64,000 bases of DNA from Setoptus koraiensis (lineage: Eukaryota; Animalia; Arthropoda), in contig CM106586.1 in assembly GCA_048013815.1 (NCBI GenBank), positions 22,630,001 through 22,694,000 on the forward strand, read 5' to 3'. The notes under the pieces are model-generated. The model ran no database searches, was not told the origin of the DNA, and saw nothing but the letters and a program-made list of their open reading frames with translations. The translations under genes were made by a program, and so were the position numbers. Shown here piece after piece: positions 1 to 10,030 of the stretch (position 1 is the stretch's first letter; each line of letters opens with the position of its first letter).

Positions 1-107
1 AAGTGATTTTCACACAATGCTCACTCTAATAATAAATAATATTATTGTATATTATTAACAATGTATATTCCAATCACAATGATCGATGTAATGTATCGGG
101 CGCATAG

Positions 108-324
108 GACGGGCATATTTGATGATTCATCTTGCTCAAATAGACGCAGTGACGTAGATCATGCCATCGTCATTGTTGGCTACGGAAAAGAAAACGGAGT
201 CGACTATTGGCTCATCAAAAACTCTTGGGGAACCACCGATTGGGGCGAAGGTGGCTACGCTAAATACAGGCGAGGCAAGTATGCCTGCTCTATCGGCCAC
301 TGGGGTTGGGTAGTCACAAGCTAA
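108..324 (+). CDS. Papain-family (C1A) cysteine protease, cathepsin L-like; terminal coding exon, gene begins upstream of the window
   Basis: Translation TGIFDDSSCSNRRSDVDHAIVIVGYGKENGVDYWLIKNSWGTTDWGEGGY carries the catalytic His (DHA) and Asn (KNSWG) motifs. Acceptor catag| at 106-107 (phase 2) follows AT-rich intron-like sequence. TAA at 322-324; AATAAA at 431-436. Confidence 0.9.
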
Positions 325-409
325 GCCTGATGAATGATGTTTGGTTCGAGCTCCCCCTACTATTATTAGATATTTATCACTAACATTTTAGCGCATTTCA
401 ATATGTTCT

Positions 410-436
410 TTTATTTCATTTGTTAATCCAAATAAA
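410..436. terminator. Opposed polyadenylation signals of the convergent cathepsin and UQCRFS1 genes
   Basis: AATAAA on + at 431-436 and AATAAA on - at 410-415 (tttatt on +). Confidence 0.6.
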
Positions 437-475
437 ATCCAAATAATAACAACTATGTATCGTACATTTCATCAT

Positions 476-1129
476 CTAACCTACGAGTAATGTGTCTTCT
501 GACAAAAATTCATATGGTGGCACCTCCAAATTTCTGGGAGCGGGACCCTTTCTTGCTCTTCCTGAGGCGTCGTAATGTGATCCGTGACATGGGCAATAGT
601 ATCCGTTGAAATCGCCTTTGTTTGCTATGGGTACACAACCCAAATGCGTGCACACACCGATAATAACAAGCCATTCGGGCTTTTGAGTTCGGCTTGAATC
701 AGTTTCGGGATCTCTTAATAGTGATAGATCAGTGTTGGAACATTCGCTAATTTCAGCTGGTGTCCGATGACGAACAAACAATGGCTTTCCTCTCCATTTA
801 ATGATGGCGTTTTTGCCAGGGGGTATATCGGCCAATTTAACTTCGACCTTTGATAGAGCTAACACGTCCTTAGAAGGTGACATTGAAGCTATTAATTTAG
901 TGACAGCTGACTTGGCAAACACTGCCATTCCAGCGCCCGTGGTGGCGGTCATGAGATAACTGAAAACTCTACGGCCATCCTCGGAGGTTCCTTGACTCTT
1001 TAGAACGTTCTTGGTTGAAGGTCGTCTGTATTTGGTGTAATCGGGCATCTCAATATCCGTGTGGGCAAGTCGGACCAACATAATGCGACTTGGCGCTCCG
1101 GCGACCTTCAACAAATTTGACGACATCAT
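476..1129 (-). CDS. UQCRFS1: Cytochrome b-c1 complex Rieske iron-sulfur subunit, mitochondrial precursor (217 aa, intronless)
   Basis: 2Fe-2S ligand boxes CTHLGC and CPCHGS; mature N-terminus [10 protein letters not shown]; TM helix region; C-terminal [12 protein letters not shown]. The first ATG is at 1127-1129; the ORF-track start at 1159 is a TTG. Confidence 0.97.
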   Translation of the reverse strand: MMSSNLLKVAGAPSRIMLVRLAHTDIEMPDYTKYRRPSTKNVLKSQGTSEDGRRVFSYLMTATTGAGMAVFAKSAVTKLIASMSPSKDVLALSKVEVKLADIPPGKNAIIKWRGKPLFVRHRTPAEISECSNTDLSLLRDPETDSSRTQKPEWLVIIGVCTHLGCVPIANKGDFNGYYCPCHGSHYDASGRARKGPAPRNLEVPPYEFLSEDTLLVG

Positions 1130-1842
1130 TTTGATTCCGACGACAAGTAACAGTGTCAAATATATTAATTTTAATTAGTTGCAATTAGTTGATTATCTAT
1201 TTCCTAATTTGATTGACAATTGCTAGATTACTATGCCAAATATTCTTTTTTCGAGCACTTCACTTTGATAAGACAGTGATTGCAGTGTTTAATTCAAGGC
1301 TGCAAAGGGATTCTACGCTGTCCTCATGCGCAGACATTCGGAGCGCCAGTTTTGAACTGGCTCAAAATGGAATTTCTGATATTTTCTCGTGCGATCAAAA
1401 GATTTTCCTTGATTTCTTCCTAGGATTTCTCTCACAATTGTCAGAATGCTCCATAGCTGAATTCGAATCGAGGATGTCCCATGCGAAGAGGGAAAGAACG
1501 CGGTCAACGGAATAATTTAATCTCACAAAGTCAGAATTCCTAGAAGCTGGGGAGATAGTAGTGAATGGTGCCCAGCTCTTCGTTTCGCAGGCTATTTCAT
1601 AGGCCACCATAAATTGCCATCATTTGTTTTGACGCACTAACCCAAGCGATGACTGAGCGCAAGTGACGCACAAGCACACATACGAAGAAGCAGTTTATCG
1701 TGTCGACTTCGGCGTAAACTGCACACATGTGACAATGTTTGCAGCCACGATCTAGGCACGCCACAATTGAATATATCTTTATTTATCAGAGTTTTGTTTT
1801 TATTATTAGTTTCCTCAAAACAATAATATCTAGACCACCAAA
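1130..1842. promoter_or_regulatory. Divergent (head-to-head) intergenic region shared by UQCRFS1 and the MTPAP-like gene
   Basis: 713 bp between oppositely oriented start codons; no convincing ATG-initiated ORF inside. Confidence 0.55.
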
Positions 1843-3648
1843 ATGCTGGCGTCACTATCGAGAGCTGTCACGCCAAGCCGTCCCAAAGCCGCCTGTTCCT
1901 ACATAAAAAGATACAGGGACTACAAGAGCCTGATCGATGACGCAAAACACCGTGCAAGGAATACCATCTTGATCCAGCATGACTCCAACCAACACTATGT
2001 TAACATGTGTAACAAACTTAAAGATGTTCGCCAGATATTTCACATTGAGCAGGGACCATCCAGAGGAGTGTCATTGATAGAATTCAGGAGTTACGAGGCC
2101 CTCAGCAAGGCAACAAAAGGAGCAATACACCGCTATGGAAAATTCCCCCTGCCAACGAGGATGTTTCGAGTGAACCGCCTTCTAGAGTGTATGCAGGCCG
2201 AGGAAGCCATCACAACCGCCGCTGCCGCCACCACCACAACCATTACCACCACCACAACCACCGCGAACAACAAAGGAAGCACCTCAGCATCGAGCGAGAA
2301 GCAGAAGCGGTTCACGGAAACAATCGACATTGCTCAGATTAGGTGTTCAATGGAAAATGAATTCTCAACATTTGAGGATCTAATAAATAATCATAGAATG
2401 TCAGAATATGCGCTCAGGTTAAGATTTTTCACATTGTCTCAGCTGGAGGAGATACTATGTCAGGGCCTATTCAAGGAATTTGAACTCCTACCCTTTGGAT
2501 CATCTGTGATAGATATTGGTACAAATTTTAGCGATTTGGACATATTGATGACGCGTAAAAACTATGAGAAATGCATTGAAAACTGGTCCTTAGATGCAAT
2601 ACCAGCCACTGTAAACAATCAATTAATCGAGCAACAGGGCTTGTCTCTCGTTCATTATGATAGCGATCTCACACATATAGACCAACATTTTCACAGAGGC
2701 ATTGGAATAAATTTACTGGCCACTAAATTGAAAACTTTCATGCCATCTATTAGGAGAGGTTCAGTGTTATCCCTACCAAGAGCGCGTGTTCCTATTGTAA
2801 AATTTACATTCGATCTGACAGAGGTAGACTGTGATCTATCACTAAATCTAGGATTAACGAAAGGCAAGCTTAGCGATAGTCACTCAGGCCCGTTAATGTC
2901 CAGATTACTGTTCGCTATTTGTAAATCAACAAATATTTTTGCAGCCTTTGCAACATGCATTCGTTCGTTCGCTAGATTAAGAGGAATCACAACGTCTGTC
3001 TACACTCAGCAAAGTTTTTCAAATTTTCAGTTGCTCACATTGATAATATTTTATCTCCAGCAAGTGCCTGTTCCACATCAGGTGAAACGGAAATCGGGAC
3101 ACCAGAAATTTATTTTACCACCATTGAGTAACAACGGCGCAAGCAGCTCAAGTGCCAATTCACGTTGGAACGAATGCAATTATATTCACAACCCAGATAG
3201 TCAATTGGATGTTGATGAAGAGGTATTATATACAATTTTGCCAAATCTTATAGTGGACTTTTTTGATTATTACGATAAATTTGACTTTGATAATCAAGGC
3301 ATTTGCCTGCTCAGCGGTAGGACTTTCAAAAGGTATCGAGATAACGATGATGACAGATGTTCGCCCGTGCATGTCGCTAATCCATTTGATAAGAGTTTAA
3401 ATGTTTGTAAGAATGTAACCGAGGACGCACTGACTAATTTTCTCAGCGAGATCAACGCGACCCTGGTTGACATAAACGAAAAAGAGAGATCATCTAGTGG
3501 CCTGTTGGAGATTCTGATGCGAACCAACAACAAGAGTTCTTCGCAATCATCAGAAGAATCAGGAGAGGATTTGGACACTGATATTGATATAAACAACATA
3601 AGCAATGTTTTATTCGGAGAGGAGCCCGGCAAGGAAAAAGTTAGTTGA
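1843..3648 (+). CDS. MTPAP: Mitochondrial poly(A) RNA polymerase-like (TUTase/PAPD1 family), 601 aa, intronless
   Basis: Arg/Ser-rich N-terminal presequence; RRM-like region (NTILIQ...GVSLIEF); nucleotidyltransferase motif PFGSSVIDIGTNFSDLDI; ARVPIVKF; third catalytic Asp in DCDLSLN; FSNFQLLTLIIFYLQQ; PAP-associated motif HVANPFDKSLNVCKNV. AATAAA at 3688-3693. Confidence 0.85.
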   Translation: MLASLSRAVTPSRPKAACSYIKRYRDYKSLIDDAKHRARNTILIQHDSNQHYVNMCNKLKDVRQIFHIEQGPSRGVSLIEFRSYEALSKATKGAIHRYGKFPLPTRMFRVNRLLECMQAEEAITTAAAATTTTITTTTTTANNKGSTSASSEKQKRFTETIDIAQIRCSMENEFSTFEDLINNHRMSEYALRLRFFTLSQLEEILCQGLFKEFELLPFGSSVIDIGTNFSDLDILMTRKNYEKCIENWSLDAIPATVNNQLIEQQGLSLVHYDSDLTHIDQHFHRGIGINLLATKLKTFMPSIRRGSVLSLPRARVPIVKFTFDLTEVDCDLSLNLGLTKGKLSDSHSGPLMSRLLFAICKSTNIFAAFATCIRSFARLRGITTSVYTQQSFSNFQLLTLIIFYLQQVPVPHQVKRKSGHQKFILPPLSNNGASSSSANSRWNECNYIHNPDSQLDVDEEVLYTILPNLIVDFFDYYDKFDFDNQGICLLSGRTFKRYRDNDDDRCSPVHVANPFDKSLNVCKNVTEDALTNFLSEINATLVDINEKERSSSGLLEILMRTNNKSSSQSSEESGEDLDTDIDINNISNVLFGEEPGKEKVS

Positions 3649-3846
3649 TGAGTGTAGTGGACGTATAGTTAATAATAATTTATATTAAATAAACTGACCA
3701 ATAGTTTGTTACGTTTACACAGAAAGTTATCTGAATCGTTATCTGAAGTTGATCGCGGGCGCCCATAACAATTAGCGTTTTTTGTTTGTTTCTATCATTT
3801 GATGATTGAATTTTGATGTAATGTCGTAATGTAATTCGGCTGAAGA

Positions 3847-3870
3847 ATACTATAAACTTTATAGTATAAA
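3847..3870. promoter_or_regulatory. Palindromic TATA cluster, candidate core promoter of the ANKRD6-like gene
   Basis: ATACTATAAA-C-TTTATAGTAT interrupted palindrome (3847-3867) gives TATAAA on both strands; another TATAAA at 3865-3870; Inr-like TTAGTT at about 3902-3907. Confidence 0.4.
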
Positions 3871-4473
3871 GTAGCTTTGGCAAGTTAACTCCGCCCGTTC
3901 TTTAGTTGTCGCCTTGCGAAATTGCCAGAGGTCGCCACCATCGCTCTTGACCACTTGTTGCTCATGCTCTGTCCAGCGATTTGTAGTGGACACAAACAAC
4001 ATCATACCACAGTGTGAAGCAACGTGTCCATTAGTGTTGGCTGCATTTGAGGGTGCTCATTCGAGAACTGGCCGTCGTCCATTGCAGACCGTTTGCATTT
4101 CGTAATGTTATTTGTTGTCGCGAGCGTTTTGTCTAAGGGCTAACGTTATGAAACAAACAGACGACATATTGTCAACAAAAGTGAAAAAAATATTTGATAC
4201 AACAATCAAGCAGCATCTAGCAGTTAACAATCAAGCTACGAGAAGATCACGAGAAGATAGCATTAAAAATTTGCATTTGTTGCCGTATAAATTGTTGTGT
4301 CGTGTGTGTGTGTGTCGGCACACGAGACACGAAAAATTGAAGATAATGATATCGCACTGCACTAACATGAGCGGCGAGAACAAGCATCACAAGCATAAAA
4401 TAATCAAAATAAGATAATCAATAATAATCAGTATAGCAACATAGGCGCAAGAAAAGCAGCAAATAACAACCAA

Positions 4474-4580
4474 AGAATCAGAAGAATCAAGAGAATCGAC
4501 AGAGTCGGAAGAATCGACATAATCGACAGAGTCGAAAGAATCGGCAGAATCGACAGAATCAAAAGAATTGAAAGAATCAA
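4474..4580. repeat. Degenerate 9-bp tandem repeat (AGAATCGAC-like)
   Basis: agaatcaga agaatcaag agaatcgac agagtcgga agaatcgac... upstream of ANKRD6 exon 1. Confidence 0.8.
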
Positions 4581-4705
4581 AAGAAGAAGAAAGAAGAAGA
4601 AAGGTGAAGAGAATTGACTCAGAGAAGAGTTGATGCGATCGACAAGATCAGCAAATAGAAGAAAATAACAAGAAAAAGAAGAAGAAGAAAAAAATCAAGA
4701 AAAGC

Positions 4706-4876
4706 ATGAAGCCAACGACCAGTGCCGGCCAGCCGGAATCGGCGCCTCAAGCGGCCGCACCAGCGGCCACGATAGGCAATTTCACCAATTTGCATACTGC
4801 CGCCAACGAGGGCCAAACGGACGTGGTGCGTTTGTTGCTGCGTTGCGGGGCCCCAGTGAACGCGCAAGACCATGTG
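4706..4876 (+). CDS. ANKRD6: ANKRD6/diego-like ankyrin repeat protein, coding exon 1 (57 aa, ankyrin repeat 1)
   Basis: MKPTT...TNLHTAANEGQTDVVRLLLRCGAPVNAQDHV ends at a GTAAGT donor (4877), phase 0. In-frame TGA at 4631 upstream supports the ATG at 4706. Confidence 0.85.
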
Positions 4877-5385
4877 GTAAGTAGATGCAAAGTAGAGACA
4901 GTTGATTAGTGGCGATATTCGTATCATTGTCACATTGTTGCGAGATCATGGTGGCGAGACCATGGTGGCGAGACCATGGTGGCGAGATGATGGCGACGAG
5001 GGAAACGAGTGCATAAAATGGAGAGATTGAGATAATGAAAGCGAGCGATCAAATTGAACGAGAGAGTGTCCAACAATCAGCGAGCGACCTCTTTCTATTA
5101 TAATCGTAAACTGTGGCCAGCTGTTTTCATTAATGAATTAATGAAGAGCCAACAGGATCGAGTTTCGGCGCATCTGTCGGTGACGTTGTTGCCGTTTATG
5201 TCGGAGTAGGCTTAGCTTAAATTTCAATTTTAGTTAGTTTTCGTTTAATTCCCTCAGCGTCTGATTGAAATCGCAATTGCAACTGGCCGTCGCGGCGAGC
5301 TGCATTGGCTATTCGCGGCCCATAGAAACGTTCTGAAGGCAACAGGTTTGGCCAGCGCCGACCGTTAGCCGTTGTTGTTGCTGCC

Positions 5386-5416
<31 letters not shown>

Positions 5417-6425
5417 TCGCTGTTGTTGCTGCTGCTGGCTGGCTCGCCAGGCGCCTACCTGTTGCGGTTTGGGCTTGCTGGCCGCCGGTCACATGCGACT
5501 GGCGAGAGTTAATGTCTGTTCGGCGGCGCAAACGAGACGCAAACGAGACGCAAACGAGGGCCAAATGAGACAGGCAAATGATGACGCCGATGATGTGAGC
5601 GCGGTCACTCGCTTGACGACTAAATGTCCAATAATAATCAACGGACAGCGGCGAGAGCTCGGCGGCGGCGCCGGCAGCAGCATCGACGAGACAGCAGCGA
5701 CGAGAAGCGAAAAATTGCCAGCTCGCTAAACGATGCTCATCATTTAGCGGCAACAGCAACAACAACAACAGCAACAACAACAACAGCAACAACAACAGCG
5801 ACGCGGCCCACCTATTAGCGCATCATGCTAATCTAAATATTAATCTAAATAATTGTGTCCGCTAATGGCCGTCGTCTGGTTGCTGTTACAACAAGCGGCC
5901 GGCTCATCATATGGCCATAATGGCTGCGGCCAGCCGGCCGCTAAGACGGCGCTGGCAAGACAGCAACTTTCTTCTGTTGTGCTTTGTTGTTGTGGACATG
6001 GCTTGAATTGTGTCCACCAGTTGCCAAACGGTTGCGGCTTGTTTGCAGGCAGCTCATCAGCGGCGCCATTGCCGTCTAAATGAGACGCATCATTTAAAAT
6101 GATTATCATCATGTCGCCGGCCAACCGGCCGTTGCTGGCCAGTCGTTTAATGGCCAATAAATAATAATTTTTCGCCTGTCTCACCAGAATGAGAATGAGT
6201 CTCGGCCATTCGAAGCCGAGCGCGGCCAGAGTTCGCAGACGCCGAGCGCGGCCAGAATTCGCAGAGACGCCGACGAGAATGAGAATGAGAACGGTGCCGT
6301 GGCGGCTGGCCACAGCTAATGTGGCCGCCGCGCCGCACAGGGGCCGGCCGATATTCGTGAGCGGCATACGCCGGCCGAGCGGATATTCGCCGTCGCTGGC
6401 AGATATTCAGAGATTCGCGGACGCT

Positions 6426-6475
6426 GCCAGATTCGGCCAGATTCGGCCAGATTCGGCCAGGTTCGGCCAGGTTCG
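6426..6475. repeat. 10-bp tandem repeat GCCAG(A/G)TTCG x5
   Basis: Read directly from the sequence. Confidence 0.9.
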
Positions 6476-6726
6476 GCGCGGCTCGGCCCGCTCGAAACGA
6501 ACGACCATCGAACATAATAAATTATACGAATCGCTGTTTGTGCGCCCGCTAATGTTTGTTTGCCTGTGTGTGCGACATAACTGTCACACCGGCCGCAGCG
6601 CTGACCAGTGGCCGGCAAGACACACTGGCCAAAACACAAACTGTCTTGGCAAATTTATTGCACTTGCCAGCTATTTACATGCGCCAGTCGCCGATGATGC
6701 GCCTGCGCCATTTCCCCACAGCCGCT

Positions 6727-6811
6727 CTCACCTGAGCGCTCACCTGAGCCGCTCACCTGTGCCACTCACCTGTGCTCGCCAGCCAGCTAGCCAGCCAGCC
6801 TCACTCACCTG
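6727..6811. promoter_or_regulatory. Homotypic cluster of five CTCACCTG (CAGGTG E-box-type) motifs
   Basis: Copies at 6727, 6739, 6752, 6765 and 6804. The function is inferred. Confidence 0.5.
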
Positions 6812-9800
6812 AGCGACAGAGGGAGCTCACAACTTACCTTGTCAAGTGAGCGATCGGTCAGCTCGGTGGTCGTCGCCGAGCGGCTGATTTGCATGCCCAC
6901 AGAGCGCACACTGTCGCTAAACTCTGCAGTCTGGCCGCCCTCAACTGACGCTGCAGTCCGACCGGCGCTGCAGTCCGACCGGGATCCCGTGTAGGTTGCA
7001 TGATGTAACTGCACATGTCTGATTGTGTCCGATTGCGGCCCAGCTCACGGTGTCCGGTTGCGAGCCGCTGCTGCGGGTGCTTGCGCCGCCCGATCAGCTG
7101 TGCCGGTTATCGGACGTGCCGACGGTGATGGATCGGCCCGCTCGGCTCGTTTGGGTGCCGTCGATACGGGAATCGGGCGCCGTTTGCCCGATTTCGAACC
7201 GGCCCGTCGCTGGCCACGGGCCAGCAGTTTTTTGCATGCCGCTTGGGCCACCGCTCAGTTGGCGCAGTTTCCAGTTGGCGATTGGCAATTCTCAGTTCGC
7301 GGCTCGATTGGCAATTCTCAGTTCGCGACTCTCGATTGGCGATTCTCAATTCGCGGCTCTCAGTTGCAACTTGCAACTCGGAGCGTCAGCCAGAGAGAGC
7401 GCTCGTTGGACGGCGCGAGGCTTCTCTCGAGCGCTTCCAAGTTCGAACGCTCCGAAGCCTTCGAACGCTTCGAACGCCAACTGACGCCACGCTGCATCGT
7501 CATGAGCGTCGCCGGCACCGTCCGCATCATGAGCGCCATCGTGAGCACCGTCGTGAGCGGCGACAACGCACCACCAGGCTGCAGCATGAACGGCGTGCCG
7601 ACGACCAGCAAACGTTTGTTGCTTCTTGCTGTTCGAATGGCTTCCAATCACTTGATTCACTCGAATCCATCGCTAAGGATTCGAATCCACTGCGACGGCT
7701 TCGACGAGTGGCTCTGGTATCATGTTGCTGCCTTCATTGTGAGAGCGGCGGCCACTTTGCCGTCGGCCTGTGCGGCTCCGGCTGAGCCGAGGCACGGAGC
7801 CCGCAGAAGCCCGCGAAAGCCGCGGAAGCCCGACGAGCGGGCCGACAGTTGATGGGCAGGCCGAGAGCGCCGCTCAGGTGGACGGGCGAGGGCGTTCGCG
7901 CAAACAATCGCGTGAAGAACGCGTAGCGATGGGCCTGTTGCATGGACAGTGGGCAGGTTGTTGCTTCTCAATTAATCGCCGGCGCTGCGTTCGGCCGAAA
8001 CGCGAACAGTCGCATCCGAGCGGCGCGTTCGGACGGCGCGTTCGGGTTCGAGCGGCAGCAGAATCAGCATAATACCAGCAACTTGATAGTGGCAGAATCG
8101 GCAGGCCAATTACGCGTCGTTCGCGACCAACGAAAAGAATACAACGACCAATATTCTCTGCGCAATGTTCTTTCTCTGAAAGGGAATATTTGCAGCGAAC
8201 AGCAACAAGTTCGCAGATGCAGCGGCCATAATCGATCGCCACTGCATCATTACGAGTCCGCTCGGCACGCCCTGTTGGCCCGTTGTTGCCGCTGTTGTTG
8301 ACTCTGTTGCTGTTGCCGCTGTCGTTGTTGGTGTTGTTGCTGCTGTTGTTGTTGTTGCCGCTGTTGTGCGCTCGCAACAACGACGGCCCGAGACGGAACG
8401 TTCGCTGCATCGGCCATGTTGGCCTTCGCAACGTCGCCGGCACAGGTGATTTTGCGCAAAGTGCGTTCGGCCGGTAATGCGAGTCGCATGCTCGCCAAAC
8501 GGCCGCCAATTCTGACAGCGATTTCCATTTCTAACAGAGATAATCGCGGCACAGAATCCGCCGCACAAGCTCTCCGCGGCGCAACGATCGCCGGCCCGAT
8601 CGAGTCGCCCGAAACTCTCGGGCTGAAACGTTCAGGCTGAAACTCTCAGGCTGAAAGCTGAGACGCTCTCGCAACACAGTAATGTCAGTATTTGGCTAAA
8701 TGATCGCACCGCGCCGCCACCCGGCGCTGCCGGCAATCTCGCCGCGACCCGACGCTACAAAATGACGCCACAAAACGACGCTACAAAATTATGCCGAGAA
8801 TCCGCGTCGCCGACGATCGTGCGCTTGACCGTGACCGCGGCTCGCTAATCTGTCCGATTGACGCCGGCCCCCGAGCGGCCGCCGGTGCACCATTCACTGT
8901 GCGGCCACCGGCGTCACTGCGGCCCGCCGATGAACAGTCGATATACCGCCGATAAAGTCGGCCCGCCAATAGACAGTCGGCCCGACGATGAATGGTCGGC
9001 CCGATGGCCGGTCCACTTACTGTCCGGCGGTGCCGCACGGACAGTAAATAGCGCTCTGCACTCTCGCCGCTCGGGGCGCGACCATTCAAGCGGCGGTTCC
9101 AGTGGGTGGGGGGTCGCCCGAGGACGAGAGCAAAGAACGGAGCGCCGGTTGCGCTGCGCGTCTCCCGACCGCCCGAGCACTCGCTTTCGGCCGGCCGCCC
9201 GAACCGTCGGGCCGCCCGAGCCGCTCGAGCCAGCCGAACATGTGAGCGTGCCAACATGCGAGCACACAATGGACCCGAGCCGCGGACGGACCCGAGCGGC
9301 GGACGAGTCGAGAGCGTCATTGGCCGACATTCCTGGTGTGGCAGAGCATGGCCGCGCTCAGGTTACAGTTGGATAATCCCCTCGTAATACCGATATATGT
9401 GAATTATGCAAGATGTTATTATACATTATAATCCATATGCGCATCGAGAGCTCTCGACAGAATCACCAGACCGGTTGGCGATAACTGTCCAGTTTGGCGT
9501 TGCATTTGAATGGACGGTCCATTATGGAGCTGAGCGGCGCGGATAAGCGCGGATAAGGCCGGCGAAAGGCGACGGGCGACGGGCGAAAGTAACGAAGAGG
9601 AGAATTCCTGCTCCAGCTATAACTCCAACTCAATCGAGACCATTCGAGAGCCAGAGAAAGGGACAGCGAGTTCACTTTGGCGTTCGAATTCCTCTCGCTT
9701 ACTCACCGTTCACTTGCGAGTTGCCAGCACCAATTGACTCGCTATTGTTGCGACCAGTGGCATCCATTGCAACAAGTGCCGGCATAATCAGTGCAGGCCG

Positions 9801-9938
9801 ACAGTGCCAACATTCCAGCGACCCAACAAAGTAGATCAATGCGGTGCACAAATTGGATTAGGCACGATTATTACATAATACCTGGACCCTCAGCCTTAAT
9901 TGGATATGTCTGTTTGCGAGCGCATTATGTAATAAGAT

Positions 9939-9939
<1 letters not shown>

Positions 9940-10021
<82 letters not shown>

Positions 10022-10030
10022 TTGTTGTTG
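9940..10030. repeat. Perfect (GTTGCT)13 microsatellite followed by (GTT)4
   Basis: Read directly; produces spurious poly-L, poly-Q and AT ORFs. Confidence 0.95.

Noticed and set aside
61-107. N-terminal part (MYIPITMIDVMYRAH) of the ORF-track 61-324 protein
   Set aside because: It lacks cathepsin similarity, lies in AT-rich sequence and ends at catag|. It is better explained as intron, with the exon starting at 108.
1213-1610. Short ORFs between UQCRFS1 and MTPAP (1213-1515 +, 1313-1507 -, 1395-1610 -)
   Set aside because: No recognisable motif, mostly non-ATG starts and stops in neighbouring frames. Treated as promoter or UTR DNA.
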